From Chloroflexota bacterium (GTDB taxonomy: Bacteria; Chloroflexota; Limnocylindria; Limnocylindrales; CSP1-4), in the NCBI GenBank assembly GCA_003158295.1, contig PMIP01000043.1:230-64229 (forward strand): a stretch of 64,000 bases of DNA, in the 5' to 3' direction. Below, one piece after another: positions 9,078 through 17,450 of this stretch. A model generated the notes under the pieces. The model was given only the letters and a program-made list of their open reading frames with translations. It searched no databases and was not told the DNA's origin. Every line of letters begins with the position of its first letter. The first letter of the stretch is position 1. Both the position numbers and the translations under genes were made by a program.

Positions 9078-10099
9078 TCGGCAGTAAGCCTCGAGGGAAG
9101 GTCGGAGAGGTCGATGGGTCGCCGCTCTGACGCGGCGGCAAGAAGGCCATTGGCGATCGCCACCGCCCACAGGCCGTCCTCGGCGTCGACGTACGGCCGC
9201 TCGCCGGTTCGCAGAACGCGCACGAACTCGTCGAGCTGGGCGCGCAACGGCTCGATGTTGTCGATCGGAATCTCAGCCACGTCGCCGGCAAAGGTCGTGG
9301 CGTAGCCCGCGATCATCTGGGGCCGCTCGATGTTGGAGCGGGTAAAAGTCAGCCTCTGGGTGAGGTAGTCCAGCTCGAACATCCCCTCCTCGCCGACGGC
9401 GACCAGGCTGCGCCGCTTGGCGGGAGTGAGCCAGTCCACGTCGAGGAAGCCCGTTGCGCCCGATGGAAAGTGCATCAAGCCGAACGTCAGGTCCTCGTGC
9501 GTGGCGTGCAACCGCTGGGCCGTCTCGGCGTAGACGCGGACCGGCCGCTCGCCGGCGATCCAGCACAGGATGTCCACGTCATGGGTGCCGAGGTCCACGG
9601 TGACACCGACGTCGCGAATTCGCGCCGGGAACGGGCCGGCTCGACGGCTCGTGATGGCGTAGATCGTCGAGAGCCAGCCCGCGCGCAGAAGGCGGCCCAT
9701 CTCCAGGACGGCCGGGTTGTATCGCTCGACGTGGCCGATCTGGACTCGAACGTTCCGCTTTCGGGCGGCGGCGACGATCGCCAGTCCGTCGTCGACGGTG
9801 GCGGCGAGGGGCTTCTCCACCAGGACGGCGACTCCGCGGTCGATCGCGGCCAGGGCCAGAGGCATGTGCGCGGTCGTGGGGGCGGCGATGACCACACCGT
9901 CCAGGTCGGCCTGCCGGATCATCTCGAGGGGATCCGCGAATCGCCTTGTCCCCGGGGCGCCGGCCGCGGTCTCGAGCGCAGCGGGATCCGGGTCGGCGAC
10001 GGCGGCCAGGATCGTCTCGGGATGATTCGAGATGACGCGGAGGTGGTTCCGGCCCATGGAGCCCAGGCCGACCAGGCCGAGCCGGAGGGGTGAGGTCAT
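9074..10099 (-). CDS. Gfo/Idh/MocA-family NAD-dependent oxidoreductase (WbpB-like)
   Basis: 341 aa with LRLGLVGLGSMGRNHLRV and the EKPLA motif. ATGA overlap with the aminotransferase stop. Confidence 0.85.
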   Translation of the reverse strand: MTSPLRLGLVGLGSMGRNHLRVISNHPETILAAVADPDPAALETAAGAPGTRRFADPLEMIRQADLDGVVIAAPTTAHMPLALAAIDRGVAVLVEKPLAATVDDGLAIVAAARKRNVRVQIGHVERYNPAVLEMGRLLRAGWLSTIYAITSRRAGPFPARIRDVGVTVDLGTHDVDILCWIAGERPVRVYAETAQRLHATHEDLTFGLMHFPSGATGFLDVDWLTPAKRRSLVAVGEEGMFELDYLTQRLTFTRSNIERPQMIAGYATTFAGDVAEIPIDNIEPLRAQLDEFVRVLRTGERPYVDAEDGLWAVAIANGLLAAASERRPIDLSDLPSRLTAE

Positions 10100-11205
10100 G
10101 CCCTTGTGCCGGTGGCGCCGACGGCGTGGCGCAGAACCGAGGCGCGAAGAGCGTCGATCACCTGGCTCTGCTCGGCCTCGGTGAGGCCGGGGTACATCGG
10201 CAGGGACATGCTGCTCGCGGCGGCCGCGTCGGTGTTCGGCAGGTCGGCTTCGATCCCGAGCTCCATGACGTAGGCCTGACGGTGGCAGGGGATCGGGTAG
10301 TAGATGCCGCAGATGACGCCGGCCTCCTTCATCTCGGCCACGATCTCATCTCGGGCAGGGCCGACCCCCAGCGTGTACTGGTGGAAGACGTGAGTCCGAC
10401 CCTCCGGCCACGTCGGCAGCTGGATGGGCAGGTCGGCAAAGGCATCGTCGTATCGGCGCGCGATCGCCTGGCGAAGGGCGGTGCTGCGCTCGAGCTTGTC
10501 GAGCTGGACCAGACCGATGGCCGCGGCGAGGTCCGTCATTCGGAAGTTGTAACCGAGGATCTCGTGGTGGTAACGCTCCCGCATCCCCTGGTTGCGATAC
10601 AGCCTGATCCAGTCGGCGAGCCGGTCGTCGTTGGTCGTGACGAAGCCGCCCTCGGCGGTGGTCATGTTCTTGGTGGCGTAGAGGCTGAAGGCCGCGTAGC
10701 CGAAGCTGCCTGCGCGTCGACCTCGATACAGGGCGCCGTGGGCCTGGCACGCGTCCTCGACGACGGTCAGGCCGTGGCGATCGGCGATGGCCTGGATGGC
10801 GTCCATGTCCGCGACGATGCCGAACAGGCTGACCGGGCAGATGGCCCGCGTTCGCGGCGTGATGGCGGCCTCCAGCCGGCCCGCGTCCATCAGGTACGTG
10901 TCCGCCTCGATATCCACGAAGACGGGCGTCGCACCTGTGAAGAGGATCGAGCTGACGGTTGCGTTGAAGGTATGCGAAACCGTGATCACGTCGTCGCCCG
11001 GGCCAAGCCCCAGGCCGGCGAAGATCGACATGAGGGCGACGGTCCCGTTCGAGACCGCAATCGCGTGCTTGACTCCGCAGAACGCGGCCCAGCGCTCCTC
11101 GAGCTCGGCCACCTTCCGGCCCTGGGCGATCATGCCGCTGTTCAGAACTTCGGTGACGGCGGCAACCTCCTCGGGACCGAGATCCGGGCGTGCGGGAGGG
11201 ATCAT
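10096..11205 (-). CDS. DegT/DnrJ/EryC1/StrS-family PLP-dependent sugar aminotransferase (WbpE-like)
   Basis: 369 aa. The Schiff-base lysine context is FSLYATKNMTTAEGGFV. AGGAG lies upstream of ATG 11205. Confidence 0.9.
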   Translation of the reverse strand: MIPPARPDLGPEEVAAVTEVLNSGMIAQGRKVAELEERWAAFCGVKHAIAVSNGTVALMSIFAGLGLGPGDDVITVSHTFNATVSSILFTGATPVFVDIEADTYLMDAGRLEAAITPRTRAICPVSLFGIVADMDAIQAIADRHGLTVVEDACQAHGALYRGRRAGSFGYAAFSLYATKNMTTAEGGFVTTNDDRLADWIRLYRNQGMRERYHHEILGYNFRMTDLAAAIGLVQLDKLERSTALRQAIARRYDDAFADLPIQLPTWPEGRTHVFHQYTLGVGPARDEIVAEMKEAGVICGIYYPIPCHRQAYVMELGIEADLPNTDAAAASSMSLPMYPGLTEAEQSQVIDALRASVLRHAVGATGTRA

Positions 11206-11221
11206 GCTCGACTCCTGTGCT

Positions 11222-11863
11222 CTACGCCGGTCGCTCTGTCAGCGACCCGCTCTGGGAAATGAAATCGTAGCCCCGCCCGCACTGCGAGCAGGTGAGGGAG
11301 ACGTTCGTCGATGGATTGGGGGCGGCGTTGGCTCCGGTCCCGTCGGTCAATCGCGACCCGCAGGCACATACCCAGCCGAGCCGCTGAGCCGGGTTGCCGG
11401 CCACAAGGGCAAAGTCGGGGACGTCGCGAGTGACGATGGCACCGGCTCCTACCGTGGCGAATCGGCCTATCGTCGTGCCGGCCACGACGACAGCACCGGC
11501 GCCGATCGAGCAACCGTCACGCAGCTCGATCGGACTGACGGTCCAATCGTCGCCTCGAGCCAGCTCACCCGTGGCCGTGACGGCTCGCGGATATCGGTCG
11601 TTCGTGAGGATCGCGCCGGGGCCGATGAAGACTCCGTTTCCGACCGTCACGCCGTGGTAGACGAGGGCTCCGTTCTGTACCTTGACGCGGTCGCCCAGGC
11701 GGACGCCTTCGTCGATGAAGGCATCTCTGCCGATGATGCACTCGGCCCCGACGCTCGCCCCGTTGCGCAGGACAGCCCTGTTCCAGATGCTGGTCCGCGG
11801 TCCGACAGAGACGTCGGACTCGAGGTCTGCCGACGCGTGAACCCGCGCCGTGGGGTCGATCAC
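11222..11863 (-). CDS. Hexapeptide-repeat (left-handed beta-helix) N-acetyltransferase (WbpD-like) with a C-terminal Cys ribbon
   Basis: GTG 11863 lies 6 nt after AGGAG. The hexapeptide run is IGRDAFIDEGVRLGDRVKVQNGALVYHGVTVGNGVFIGPGAILTND. The tail is GWVCACGSRL...LTCSQCGRGY. Confidence 0.85.
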   Translation of the reverse strand: MIDPTARVHASADLESDVSVGPRTSIWNRAVLRNGASVGAECIIGRDAFIDEGVRLGDRVKVQNGALVYHGVTVGNGVFIGPGAILTNDRYPRAVTATGELARGDDWTVSPIELRDGCSIGAGAVVVAGTTIGRFATVGAGAIVTRDVPDFALVAGNPAQRLGWVCACGSRLTDGTGANAAPNPSTNVSLTCSQCGRGYDFISQSGSLTERPA

Positions 11864-12039
11864 GAGATACTCCTGTGGCGGATCGGAGTTAGCGAAGGGA
11901 TCCCGGAGACCCCGCTCAGCCGGCTCCTGAGTATACCGAACGTCCCACCGGCCGGCCCGGCGCGAGGTTCCTTGCGGATGAACCGGCTGAGCCGGCCGCC
12001 CCGGATGAGCCTTGAAGTCGCCCGGCTCGAGCTTCCGGT

Positions 12040-12813
12040 CTAGCCGTGCTTCCGTCTGGCCAGCAACCCGATGCCGACGGCCAGTGCGGCTCCCAGGGCC
12101 AGCGCCCCGCGCCAATCCAGGAGGGGGCGAACGTCACCCTCGACCTTCCGAGCCACGATCAAGAGCGCGCCGCTCTGAGGTTCCATTGTCACGTGGCCGG
12201 CCAGCACAGTCTGGGCCCCGCCCTTGCTGATCCGAACGTCACGAGCCAGGACCGTGCGGGCGAAGCCCTGGGTTACCGAGACATCGCCCCCGATCGCCAG
12301 ACCTACGGAGCCCAGCTCTACGGAGACGCGCTCCGCTCGGGCCACGCCGATGGCGCCCATCCGAACGGCGATGTCGTCCGCCTGGGCCCGGCCGATGCCG
12401 CCCATGGAGACGGTGATGTCCTCGGCTGAGGCGGCCCCGATTCCGCCCTGGGTGACGCGAACGGTGACGGCCTCCACTTCGCCGATTGCGCCTTGCGCAA
12501 GATTGAATTCCGGCGCGACGGGAGGTCTTTGCGGCGACTCGGTGTGAGGCGGCGGCGCGGCGGCGGGCGTCGAGGGCGCGGCTGGGGCAAGCTTCGTCGA
12601 GACGGCGGCGGAGGCCGCGGGCGGTTGCGGGGCGGCCGCCGATTTGGCCCGTCCTGCCGGTGCGACCACCGACGTCGACGGCGACGCAGCGACTCGCCGG
12701 CGGGTTCTGGGCGCCGGACCCTCGGATGCCGGCCTCGCGGTCTTGCGCACCGAGCGGGTTTGCGACCCGCGGTCCGGTTTCTCGATTGGGCTGCCGCCCG
12801 ACTCTTCGCTCAT
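12040..12813 (-). CDS. Tail-anchored hypothetical protein with ~15-aa beta-solenoid-like repeats
   Basis: ATG 12813 is preceded by GGAGGAG. The 257-aa product has a charged, Pro/Ala-rich N-terminal half, then about 8 repeats (TQGGIGAASAEDITVS / MGGIGRAQADDIAVR / MGAIGVARAERVSVE ...). The C-terminus is a TM helix plus basic tail (ALALGAALAVGIGLLARRKHG). Confidence 0.7.
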   Translation of the reverse strand: MSEESGGSPIEKPDRGSQTRSVRKTARPASEGPAPRTRRRVAASPSTSVVAPAGRAKSAAAPQPPAASAAVSTKLAPAAPSTPAAAPPPHTESPQRPPVAPEFNLAQGAIGEVEAVTVRVTQGGIGAASAEDITVSMGGIGRAQADDIAVRMGAIGVARAERVSVELGSVGLAIGGDVSVTQGFARTVLARDVRISKGGAQTVLAGHVTMEPQSGALLIVARKVEGDVRPLLDWRGALALGAALAVGIGLLARRKHG

Positions 12814-12935
12814 GTCGGTCTTCTCCTCCGCCTCAGGTGCGCGACTCTGGCCGGTACGAGGCGGCTGTGCTCGCCAGCCTACAGCGAGCGGGCTCTTCCC
12901 GCGAGACCCCGCAATTTGCGGGTCGCAGACCACTG

Positions 12936-13541
12936 TCAGCCGGTCTGCTTGCCACCGTCGGCGTCGCGGAGGCCTCGAACCAGCTCGGCCAGGGTGGGAT
13001 TGGCACGGTCGCGGTCGGAGAGGATCGGCAACCCGTCGCCGGTGCCGGGAACAGCCGGCCAGGGAACCCCCACGGCCGGATCGTCCCAGGCGAAGCCCAG
13101 CTCGTCGCTGCCGTCGTACTCGTTGGTGACCAGGTACAGGAGCTGAAGCGATTCGAGGGCAAGGAACCCGTGGGCCACTCCGGTCGGGATCGTCACGGTC
13201 TGGCCTGCGGTCAGCTCGCGGGTCTCGACGAGGGCATGGGCGGTGAGGTCTGCGATGACGGGCCGCACGTCCACCAGAGCCACCAGCGCCCGGCCGCCGA
13301 CCACCGTCCAGTAGTCGAGCTGGCGGCGGTGGTAGTGGAGGCCGCGCAGCACGCCCGGCGCCGAGGTCGACAGGTTGGCCTGGACGAAGCGCGCGTCCGG
13401 GAGGCCCGCGGCTTCGCGGTCCAGGTCCCCGAAGGCCGAGGCACGCCATATCTCCATGAACGATCCGCGGGAATCGGCCAGCCGGTTGAGCCGGCCGTAG
13501 CGCACCCCGGGCAGCCGCGATTCGGACCCGACTCCGCTCAT
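12936..13541 (-). CDS. rfbC: dTDP-4-dehydrorhamnose 3,5-epimerase
   Basis: 201 aa with the cupin pattern RLADSRGSFMEIWR...GVLRGLHYH. ATGA overlap with the rmlD stop. Confidence 0.9.
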   Translation of the reverse strand: MSGVGSESRLPGVRYGRLNRLADSRGSFMEIWRASAFGDLDREAAGLPDARFVQANLSTSAPGVLRGLHYHRRQLDYWTVVGGRALVALVDVRPVIADLTAHALVETRELTAGQTVTIPTGVAHGFLALESLQLLYLVTNEYDGSDELGFAWDDPAVGVPWPAVPGTGDGLPILSDRDRANPTLAELVRGLRDADGGKQTG

Positions 13542-14494
13542 CCTCCGGCCTCCTCATGCGAATTCGGAAGTGACATGTGCTCCGCGAGCGCTACCCGCCA
13601 GTCGCGCAGCGGTCCTCCGGGGAGTGGCGTCGTCTGGAGCACTCCCCAGGCCGGTGGCGTCGAGGGACGGGGCCACGTGGTCGAGGGCACGTCGCTCGTG
13701 ACGACATCTACGCCGGCCAAGCGCAGCACCTCGCGAGCCCAGGCGGCCCGGGACGCCTGACCGCCGTTTACGACGTGGTGGATTCCGCCGAAGCCACGGC
13801 CGTTCGGTCGCGCCGCCTCGGCCAGCAGGCGAACTATCGCCCATGCGAGGTCCGGGGCGTAGGTGGGTGTACCGATCTCGTCGGAGACCAGGGCGAGACT
13901 CTGGTGCTGGTCTCGCGACCGCTCGGCGGCGGCGAGGATCTTCTGCGGGAAATCCATGCCCGGCCTGCCGAAGAGCCAGGCCGTTCGGACGATCGCGAGA
14001 GGGGCTACCTGCTCGCCAGCTTCCGCCAGTGCGGCCGCATCGAAATCACGGCCGGTTGCCTGGAAGGCTGCTCGAGCGGCCGCCTCGCCTTGAAGCTTGG
14101 AAGCGCCGTAGGGATTGGCCGGGTTGGGCGGCTCTGTCGGGGCGTATGGCAGGCCGTCGGTCCGGCTCCCGTCGAAGACCTCGTTGGTTGAAACCACGAC
14201 CAGACCAGCTCCCACGCTCACGCAGGTCCGGGCGATCTCGCCTACCGCGGTCCCGTTGCGGCGCATTGCCAGATCCGGGTCTCTGGCGCAGCCGTCGACG
14301 TCGGTCCAGGCGGCACAGTGCACCACGGCGTCGGGCCGGAACGTGCCGATGAGCCGCTCGGCGGAGGTTGGGTCGTCCAGGTCGTGCTCGGGCAGATCCC
14401 AGGCCAGCACTTCGCGGACGAACGGGGCGCTCGGAAGAGTCTTCACGAGGGCGCTGCCCAGTCGTCCGCCCGCCCCGGTTACGGCGACGCGCAT
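13538..14494 (-). CDS. rfbD: dTDP-4-dehydrorhamnose reductase
   Basis: MRVAVTGAGGRLGS Rossmann start at ATG 14494. The track ORF start, GTG 14524, is possible but would add 10 aa. Confidence 0.88.
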   Translation of the reverse strand: MRVAVTGAGGRLGSALVKTLPSAPFVREVLAWDLPEHDLDDPTSAERLIGTFRPDAVVHCAAWTDVDGCARDPDLAMRRNGTAVGEIARTCVSVGAGLVVVSTNEVFDGSRTDGLPYAPTEPPNPANPYGASKLQGEAAARAAFQATGRDFDAAALAEAGEQVAPLAIVRTAWLFGRPGMDFPQKILAAAERSRDQHQSLALVSDEIGTPTYAPDLAWAIVRLLAEAARPNGRGFGGIHHVVNGGQASRAAWAREVLRLAGVDVVTSDVPSTTWPRPSTPPAWGVLQTTPLPGGPLRDWRVALAEHMSLPNSHEEAGG

Positions 14495-14510
14495 CAGCGA
14501 GCCGCTCCCA

Positions 14511-15602
14511 TCACGTGGCCTCACGAGAGCCGGCCAGCCTCGCGCCGTACTGGCGTCGGTAGTAGTCGTCCCATTCGCCGGACTTGATCGCCCGCCACCA
14601 GTTCTGGTTGTCGCGGAACCAGTCGACGGTCGCGGCCAGGCCTTCTTCGAAAGTCATCGTGTTGGTCCAGCCGAGCGCGGACAGCTTGGAGCCGTCCATG
14701 GCATAGCGCCGGTCGTGGCCTGGTCGATCCTCCACCGTCCTCACCAGCGACCATGGCTTGCCCAGCCTCGCCAGGAGTGCCGTGACCACTTCCCGGTTGG
14801 TGCGCTCGTTGCCGCCGGACACGTTGTACGTCTCTCCGGCGACGCCGTGCTCCAGGACATGACCGATGGCGCCGGCATGATCTGCCACGTACAGCCAGTC
14901 GCGCCGCTGGAGGCCGTCGCCGTAGAGCGGCAGGGGCTGGTCGTCCATGGCATTGGTGATGAAGAGTGGGATCAGCTTCTCGGGGTGGTGGTACGGGCCG
15001 TAGGTGTTCGAGCCGCGCGTGACGACCGCATCGAGGCCATAGGTGACGAAGTAGGAGTGGACCAGCAGCTCGCCGGCGGCCTTGGCCGAGGAGTATGGGG
15101 AACGAGGCTCGAGTCGATCGTCCTCCCTGCTCGCCCCGGTCGCCACCGAGCCGTAGACCTCGTCGGTCGAAACCTGGAGGAAGCGTGGGGCCGCGGCTCG
15201 ATCACCGGCTCGGACGCGCTCGCGCTCCGCGCGGCACGCCTCCAGCAGGACGTGGACCCCCAGGACGTCGGTCCGGAGGAAGGCCTCGGGGTCCAGGATC
15301 GAGCGGTCGACGTGCGACTCGGCCGCGAAATTGACGACCGCGTCCGACTCGGCGACGAGGGGCGCGACCACGGCCGGATCGGCAATGTCGCCTACGACGA
15401 ACCGGAACCGGGACGCCTGCTCGGGATCGGCTTCGACCGGCGCCAGGTTGGCCCGATTGCCGGCGTAGGTCAGCTTGTCGAGGACACTGACGCGGCTGCC
15501 GTCACGGCGGGCCAGCAGGTCGCGAACGAAGCACGACCCGATGAAGCCCGCTCCTCCGGTAACCAGCAGGCGCCTGAACCGCGGCTGGAGCGCGTCCGTC
15601 AC
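14511..15602 (-). CDS. rfbB: dTDP-glucose 4,6-dehydratase
   Basis: LLVTGGAGFIGS and the YSSAKAAGE (YxxxK) motif. GTG 15602 forms a GTGA overlap with the rmlA stop. Confidence 0.9.
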   Translation of the reverse strand: MTDALQPRFRRLLVTGGAGFIGSCFVRDLLARRDGSRVSVLDKLTYAGNRANLAPVEADPEQASRFRFVVGDIADPAVVAPLVAESDAVVNFAAESHVDRSILDPEAFLRTDVLGVHVLLEACRAERERVRAGDRAAAPRFLQVSTDEVYGSVATGASREDDRLEPRSPYSSAKAAGELLVHSYFVTYGLDAVVTRGSNTYGPYHHPEKLIPLFITNAMDDQPLPLYGDGLQRRDWLYVADHAGAIGHVLEHGVAGETYNVSGGNERTNREVVTALLARLGKPWSLVRTVEDRPGHDRRYAMDGSKLSALGWTNTMTFEEGLAATVDWFRDNQNWWRAIKSGEWDDYYRRQYGARLAGSREAT

Positions 15603-16357
15603 GACGTCGGCCTCGCGGGAGGAGCGGCCAGGCGCCCGGAGCGAGATTCCTGTTCGGCCAGCTCCGCGGCTCGAATCAGCGACGTGACGGTCCCGGCGTC
15701 GGTCCACATGCCGTCGAAGCGTCGAGCGAAGAGGCTGCCCGGAAGGTAGTGGTTCAAGAGATCGGTGATCTCCAGCTCACCCCGGCGCGATGGGACGAGG
15801 TGGTCCACGACCGCGAAGGCGTCGGGTCGCAGGAAGTACACGCCGATCGGGATGAGGTTGCTCTTCGGCACGGCCGGCTTTTCCTCGAATCCCACGACGT
15901 TGCCGGCGGCGTCGAGCTCGGCGACGCCGAATCGCTCTGGATCCGCGACCTCGTACAGCAGCGTGCCGGCGCCCCACGGTCCCTCGTCGAACTCGCGCGC
16001 GACGTCGGCCAGCGGCGGCCCCAGAAGGACGTTGTCGCCGAGCACGCAGCAGAAGGCATCGTCGCCGACGAAATCGCGCGCCAGGCCGATGGCGTGCGCG
16101 ATGCCGAGGGCGCCACGCTGGTAGCGGTACGTCAGGTTGAGCCCGAAGTGCTCCCCATCGGCAAGCAGCTCGACCACATCACCGACGCTCTTGCCGCCGA
16201 CGATCACCATGACCTCACGTATGCCCATGCCGGCAAGCGTGGCTACGGGGTAGTAGATCATCGGCCGGTCGTAGATCGGCAGGAGATGCTTGTTGGTGAC
16301 GATCGTGAGCGGGAACAGGCGGGTGGCTGTGCCGCCCGCAAGCACGAGACCCTTCAC
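15599..16357 (-). CDS. rfbA: Glucose-1-phosphate thymidylyltransferase (short form)
   Basis: 252 aa with a GTG start. MKGLVLAGGTATRLFPLT nucleotidyltransferase loop, and operon context with rmlB, rmlD and rmlC. Confidence 0.85.
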   Translation of the reverse strand: MKGLVLAGGTATRLFPLTIVTNKHLLPIYDRPMIYYPVATLAGMGIREVMVIVGGKSVGDVVELLADGEHFGLNLTYRYQRGALGIAHAIGLARDFVGDDAFCCVLGDNVLLGPPLADVAREFDEGPWGAGTLLYEVADPERFGVAELDAAGNVVGFEEKPAVPKSNLIPIGVYFLRPDAFAVVDHLVPSRRGELEITDLLNHYLPGSLFARRFDGMWTDAGTVTSLIRAAELAEQESRSGRLAAPPARPTS

Positions 16358-16426
16358 GGTAGCTCCGTCGGCGATTGCGGCGAGAGCGTATCAGGTTCGA
16401 CGGGGAGGCCGCCCACTCGCCGATCG

Positions 16427-17422
16427 TCAGTACGAGGGCACAGGCTGTGGCGCGGGCGTGGGGGTCGGCTTGACCGTCGGCGTGGCCGTGGGCTTGCCGG
16501 AGGCATTCGGCGAGCCGGAGGGCGAGATCGACCCGCTCGGGCCGGCGCTCGGCAGTGGCGGCCCGAACCCACCCTGGTAATCCAGGATGACGAGCACGAA
16601 CGTCGCGTCGGAGAGGTGCGCGGCGGGCTGTATGTCGGCAGTCTGGACCACGGCGTTCGGGTCCTTGTTGACCTGAAGGATGTCGCCGATGAGAAGCCCC
16701 GGCGGGTAGGGCGAGCGGTCGTTTGTGCCCGGGAGGGTCTCTCCGGCGGTGACCACCGCGTCGCCCGTCTGGAGCTTGGCCGACGCGTCCACGTATTGCA
16801 TCTGGAGGCGGCCGCTTATCTGGCCGCGGATCGTCCCGGTGGCTCCGGTCTTGGCCTCCTTGCCGACGACGACGGCAGACGGGTCGCTGACCAGCAGAAC
16901 GGTCGAGACGTTCGCGTCGAGGGACTGGATGCGGCCGACCAGAGCGCCGCCGGCATCGATGACGACATCGCCCTGCGCCAGGCCGTTGCTGCTCCCCTTG
17001 TCGAGGATCACGGTGCGGGGATTGACGTCCGAGATGTCTCGAACGATGACGCGGGCCTGCGTCATCGTGTACGGCACCGACTGCTGGGCCTCGGTGATCT
17101 TGGTCCAGTCGTCGCTGAGCTTGGAGATGGCCGGCATCCGGTCCAGCTGCTCCCTGAGGGTCTGGTTCTCCGTGCGGAGCTTCTCGTTCTGCGTGCGCAG
17201 GCTATCGATCTGGGTGATCGCGGTGAAGTAAGACCCGGCCGTGTCGGCCGCGTTGTTGATGACCGTCTCGATGGGGCTCAGAGCGGTGTTGATCCCGGAC
17301 TGGACGTCCTGCGCGGTGCTCGTGCCCGAGACGCCCATGAGGCCGACGCTGAGCACAAGCAGGGTGCCGAAAATGGTCCATTCTCGCCGGATCGTGCGGC
17401 GGGCAACGGTGATCGTGCTCAT
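16427..17422 (-). CDS. mreC: Rod shape-determining protein MreC
   Basis: 331 aa. It has an N-terminal TM helix, a coiled coil (LRTQNEKLRTENQTLREQLD), beta-barrel domains and a Pro/Thr-rich tail. It lies directly downstream of mreB. Confidence 0.9.
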   Translation of the reverse strand: MSTITVARRTIRREWTIFGTLLVLSVGLMGVSGTSTAQDVQSGINTALSPIETVINNAADTAGSYFTAITQIDSLRTQNEKLRTENQTLREQLDRMPAISKLSDDWTKITEAQQSVPYTMTQARVIVRDISDVNPRTVILDKGSSNGLAQGDVVIDAGGALVGRIQSLDANVSTVLLVSDPSAVVVGKEAKTGATGTIRGQISGRLQMQYVDASAKLQTGDAVVTAGETLPGTNDRSPYPPGLLIGDILQVNKDPNAVVQTADIQPAAHLSDATFVLVILDYQGGFGPPLPSAGPSGSISPSGSPNASGKPTATPTVKPTPTPAPQPVPSY

Positions 17423-17450
17423 CGGGCCACCATGGCCTTACGGCTCTACG

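Noticed and set aside
6481-9291. 936-aa ORF that could be read as a giant fusion protein
   Set aside because: Only the last 376 codons (from ATG 7611, with a GGAGGAGGG ribosome-binding site) look like a protein, namely the 2-epimerase. The upstream 560 codons are an Arg/Pro/Gly-rich alternative frame running across the dehydrogenase gene, a typical high-GC artefact.
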